35,140 bases of DNA from Macrostomum lignano (lineage: Eukaryota): contig NIVC01004779.1 of NCBI GenBank assembly GCA_002269645.1, positions 1-35,140 of the forward strand, written 5' to 3'. How positions within the stretch are numbered: the stretch's first letter is position 1; each line of letters opens with the position of its first letter. The translations under genes and the position numbers were made by a program. Below are positions 31,101 through 35,140 of the stretch, in pieces. Under the pieces are notes generated by a model, which saw only the letters and a list, made by a program, of their open reading frames with translations, had not been told where the DNA came from and did no database searches.

Positions 31101-34100
31101 ATGCATAAATTATGTTAATTTTTCACCAAAAACATATAATAATTTAGTATAATAAATGTGGGAGTTTTAACACTGCACACACTATGAGCTTTGGATCTTT
31201 TCTAACTCAAAACTCTAAAATGTACTAATTTAACTTACTTTCCGTAACATACAGTACATCGATCTAATCACTTTTGTCTAGAGAACTTTGCAAAGTCTGT
31301 ATTGCGTGCTTTTGAGATCACGACGTTTTCTGAAAAAAAGTCGTCGTTACAAGGTTGTCAGCAACCAATTTTTGGAAAGATTTGAGATGGAACCTTTGCA
31401 TCTTATAGCTGCTTCAAGATCGGCTTGATCACCAAATGCACATTTAATTGTTCATTGTACATTTACATGTCGAACAAAGGTTGATGCACTGTGTTTCAGA
31501 TCGACTCTATGCTCGTAGGACGAATCAAACTTATTATTGCTCGTACATGTGTAGTATATATTGAAACTATAGTAGTAGGAGTGCTTAATACAAAATACGC
31601 ATACAGAAATCGTAGTGCGAAAAGTTCAGAAATTTAATAATTTAGAGGTATATTCAATTACATGCAGGTACATGTAGAAGGTTTTGAAGTAAATTCATCG
31701 GTCACATGGAAAAATATCTACAGAAACTGCAAAATTACCAAGCACAATTTATCCAAAAACTCTACATGTATCACTGAAAGCACGTTATGAAAAAAGTACA
31801 ATCGAAAAAATCGATTTCTGTTTCACCTTTTCAGCACTCTGAAAAATATAGGATGAAATCGAACGATGGTTTTTTATCCCAATAAAAACTAGTTTGATTT
31901 TGTGATTTCAACAAGTTTAAACGCGCAATGAAGTAACAAAGACTTAATTTGTTTGAATTGACTCGTTTCCAAAAAAATCACTTATTTTAGCGGCTAATTA
32001 TAACATAATAATTACGTAAGCAATAAAATTTATCTCAAATTAACGTCAAAAGGTGTCACTCACCTTCCACTTGATTCCGTCCATGAGGCTCATCGTTAGA
32101 GAAGAGATCGGGCCTCCGCTGTGCGCAGGCAGCTCAGGCAGCTTAAAGTTCACATTCGGCTTGTCCGATTTCTCAAATTTCTGCAGCCGCTCTTCGAGCA
32201 TTCGCTTCTGTTGCGACACTGGAAAAGTATCGGAGATCGAAGTTTGCGTTTACAATTTCTTATAGTTATTGATTCACATGTATCAATAGTTTGTGTCGTA
32301 TTAAAATAGCTGCAACGTGCAATAAAGTGCACATTTACACTGTCGTGATGCCAGTAATTATTGGTTCATTTTTCCGTGCGACATTCGGACGTTCGCCAAC
32401 GTATCCGACATACCCGGCATCGATGGAAGATGTCGCTGGCAAATTGGTTATCTTTAGATTACGGATAACGACGTCTTCATCGGTGTATAATACCCATTTG
32501 CTAGCGACATCAATTAGACGTCGAGAACATCGGCCAACGTCAACGAATTTCGTGAGGAATTGCATGCTATTAAGCAATAATCAATCACTGTAGTAAATCA
32601 ATTAATATAGAATGTGAGAAATTTCGAGCCGGATTTTTTTACGCTTAAACACGTAATCATAAGAAATTGATGCAATTGCAGGCATGGTATCAACCAGTTA
32701 AAAAATTGGTGAACAGATTGTTTCGATTTAAAAATCTCATAACTGATCGATTCCAGGTGAAAATAATATATGTACTATATAGTCTGCTTCAAGTGAATAT
32801 AAATTGCCGGAGAAAATATCTTACAGCAGATACTCCACAGACTCTTAAATGGAACTGAAATGATTTGAGGTCAACGAGGCATTGATTCTTTTTTTCCAAG
32901 AAATATTTCTCTAATTTTTTTAAATTTTAAATTTAATTTACACAAATATTCATCTGGAAAACTCAATGTGACAAAATCTGTTCTTTATGCCTACCTGCTT
33001 CATATGGATCAGTGACCAAAGAGGAGTGACCGTACGAGGGTTTTCACGGGTCCCAAAAGGGATCATCAGGTATCAGAAGGTGATATCAGTAGTTAATAAG
33101 GTGTTAGGGCCTACAATTGGGTTTTATTGGTCAGAAAAGAAGTATTTGTTTGAGCCCGAAGGTTAGCTCGCATAGGTCCGTCATTCATCGATCGGCATAA
33201 TGTAAATATACGCATCGAAATCTTGTACGTGTGTCGAATGTCGAAATGCTGCAGGTGAGGGCCCCCATTAGGGTTCCTATATTCAGAAAGGGATGCCAAA
33301 AGACCGGAAAACAAGTGACAGTAAAACGACTCCGGACAGATGCACGCGCCCAATGACTCACCAGGTCTGTACTCCTTGCCAGTAGGGGTCCACTGTTTCA
33401 TAAATCCGGCCCAGTAGGGCAGCATTTCCTTGAACACGGCGAATTGAGCCTCGTCAAAGATTGTCGGACTAATCTCCTCTTTGAATTTTGGGCTGTAGAA
33501 TTTCTGCGCATTGCGCAGGGTCCGCTGATGAACATCGTTGCTGACTGTGATCTGCATTGCGGCGAATGCGGTTGGATTGATGTCGGGAAATTGAGGTGTA
33601 AAAAACAGTTTTATAGTACTGATATAATGGTACACTTTACACTTTACTGGTACACTTCACTTTACTGATACTGGTATACTTCTAAAAACCCTTGACAGCA
33701 TACATGTTTATTGTTGTTGTTTTTGTTCTTGTTGCTCTTGTTGTTGCTGTTGTTAATGTTGTTGTTTTTTTGTGGATAAATAAGAATAATATTTGATTAC
33801 AACTGCCCTGATTGGGCCAGATGTGCAACCGACAGCTCAGCAGCAGCTACCAAGGACTGGGGGGTCGCCACACACACCCTCAATTACCCCAGCTAATATG
33901 CTGGCACCCATTTTACAGCCGGGTGAACTGAAGCAATGCAGAGTTAAGTGTCTTGCTCAAGGACACAAATTGTTCCAGTGGGATCGGGAATCGAACCCCC
34001 CACCTTCAAGTCGTGAGTCCGACGCTCTAACCGCTAGGCTACAACCCCTACTTGTGGTGGATAAAACATGGCGGATAAAACTGCGAAGTGAATCGACGAT

Positions 34101-34674
34101 ATTTGACACGTTAACTCGACAAACTTATAAGTCAACCTTAAACAAAAGTGCCTTCTGTCACCACAAAAGTTCAACAATGCCTCACCTGCAGTGGTGGAGG
34201 AAACACGGACTCCAGGAAGATGCTGCTGATGACGTGAATTTTGCGCTTAAGAAACTCTTCGTCGCAGCCGCCCAGGGCAAACTCCTGTGTAGAGCGGTTT
34301 GTAATAAATTTTCAAACTGATTCAAACTGATTTTACAGACTCACCCTGTGTGAGCGCGTGCCCGCGTACGTACGTACTCCATGTGAGTACCCAGTGGTCA
34401 AAAGAATTAGCATTACGTCAGGGATTACCCTAGAGTCTACCTGCAAACTGACTAATTAACAAATGCTTAACAGCTTTCTTACCTTGTACTTTTGCGCTTC
34501 TACGTAGAAGAAGAGGTTCTTGTCCAGGTGCGGCACCTTGTCTTGCACGGCATACTGCATCAGGTACCGATAAAAGTACAGCATTTGCAGCGACAATGGA
34601 CCGCTGAGATTTTTCTCCAGAGCGACCAGAAATTCCACCTTGTCCTCCTTTGTTGGCGGGGCTTTTCCTGTTGC
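28059..34674 (-). CDS. 3' part of an RGS22/RGSL-like regulator of G-protein signalling gene (5' end outside the window)
   Basis: Exons 34674-34483, 34284-34186, 33551-33362, 32218-32064 splice in frame (phases 0,0,1,0): FYRYL..NLFFYVEAQKYK..LKRKIHVISSIFLESVFPPPLQI..IFDEAQFAVFKEMLPYWAGF; terminal exon 30473-30399 or 28190-28059. Confidence 0.8.
28385..28569. mobile_element. Old MITE with degenerate TIRs and CGACGTC-rich interior
   Basis: CCCGTACAACAATATGTCGTTGGC vs reverse complement of GCCGACGTCGGATTACTGTAAGGG; related end at 29261-29289 and decayed copy at ~32345-32560. Confidence 0.55.
30399..30473 (-). CDS. Candidate terminal exon A of the RGS-like gene
   Basis: TTTTATTCCTAG acceptor, phase 0, EFAAREAGAEAATEVRAKTQPKLQ*. 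Confidence 0.55.
   Translation of the reverse strand, partial: EFAAREAGAEAATEVRAKTQPKLQ
32064..32218 (-). CDS. RGS-like gene exon
   Basis: TTTTCCAG acceptor phase 1, GTGAGT donor; SQQKRMLEERLQKFEK...DGIKWK. Confidence 0.82.
33362..33551 (-). CDS. RGS-like gene exon
   Basis: ATGCAG acceptor, GTGAGT donor, phase 0 to 1. Confidence 0.85.
33709..33767. repeat. Degenerate (TTG)n tract
   Basis: Direct reading. Confidence 0.8.
33781..34056 (-). mobile_element. tRNA-derived SINE with CORE-like central domain
   Basis: A box TAGCCTAGCGG, B box GGTTCGATTCC, then TGTGTCCTTGAGCAAGACACTTAAC...CTGTAAAATGGG resembling the MIR/CORE domain; 9-bp direct repeat GTGGATAAA at 33772-33780 and 34057-34065. Confidence 0.85.
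34186..34284 (-). CDS. RGS-like gene exon
   Basis: ACACAG acceptor, GTGAGG donor, 33 codons. Confidence 0.85.
34483..34674 (-). CDS. RGS-like gene exon
   Basis: TTGCTAG acceptor, GTAAG donor, 64 codons. Confidence 0.85.
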
Positions 34675-35140
34675 CTAGCAACGTTGTTTAAATGAGTACG
34701 AGTTGTTCGTTATAATGTTTACGATGTTTTCGAGAGAAAGAAAACTTCTAGGAAAAGTTGTTTCCTGCAGCAGAGTGCATTTCGTTCTTAACAATTGACA
34801 GAAAGTACAACTTTCATGTCAAATGATTTGTTCTTTTAAGCAAAATTGTGCAAAGTCCTAAGCAGTTTTAGACAAACAGGTTATAATAGATTGAAATGCT
34901 TAGTGAAACAGTGTATATAATGACGTAACTCATAGTCAGTAAGTGAATAAATAAAATAGTACTTTCTCACAGAAAAGTTCTCACTCAGAGAAAACAAGGA
35001 ACCAGGATCAGAGTTCATTTGTTATGCATATTATACCTTTGTGTACTTTTTCGAAGCTTTCACTCCTTTAGCCGTAGTGTCTCGCTGTGATTAAAAAAAT
35101 ATGAAAATGAAATGGTTGAATTACTAACTGTATTCTATTT

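Noticed and set aside
26900-32000. Short ORFs in the AT-rich region
   Set aside because: Low-complexity intronic or intergenic DNA with no splice or motif support, apart from the two candidate RGS terminal exons
33010-33075. Hammerhead-like CTGATGA-TCCC-TTTT-GGGA...GAAAA...GGTC on the minus strand
   Set aside because: Five extra bases before GAAA, an extra A, and no stem I; likely chance
33978-34048. tRNA gene
   Set aside because: No complete cloverleaf acceptor stem; it continues into a CORE domain and has a TSD, so it is a SINE head

Overview
Intron-containing eukaryotic (invertebrate-type) genomic DNA, not prokaryotic. The GC3-rich exons, satellite-filled introns and WSC/PAN gene suggest a free-living flatworm such as Macrostomum, which is inference only. 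Host genes: (i) a complete 5-exon PIG-W/GWT1 GPI inositol-acyltransferase (+, 3659-12696, 579 aa reconstructed by hand); (ii) a fragmentary + strand gene with a ~109-unit (AEAK)n array, a coiled coil and a DUF4806-like segment (13502-16309); (iii) a 2-exon secreted WSC+PAN/apple protein (21974-22712); (iv) the 3' part of an RGS22/RGSL-like gene (-) with two candidate terminal exons. The rest is a dense, nested transposon landscape. It includes a 5'-truncated R1/LOA-group LINE (APE-RT-RNaseH-CCHC) with TSD inside a PIG-W intronic minisatellite, a decayed relative of it, two TSD-flanked solo LTRs, hAT-like and TA-target MITEs, a TIR element carrying gag-like cargo, and a tRNA-derived CORE-SINE. 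The most notable item is a Penelope-like remnant bounded by inverted pseudo-LTRs that each carry a minimal hammerhead ribozyme motif. No CRISPR, rRNA or bona fide tRNA gene is seen. All alignments and structures were done by eye.
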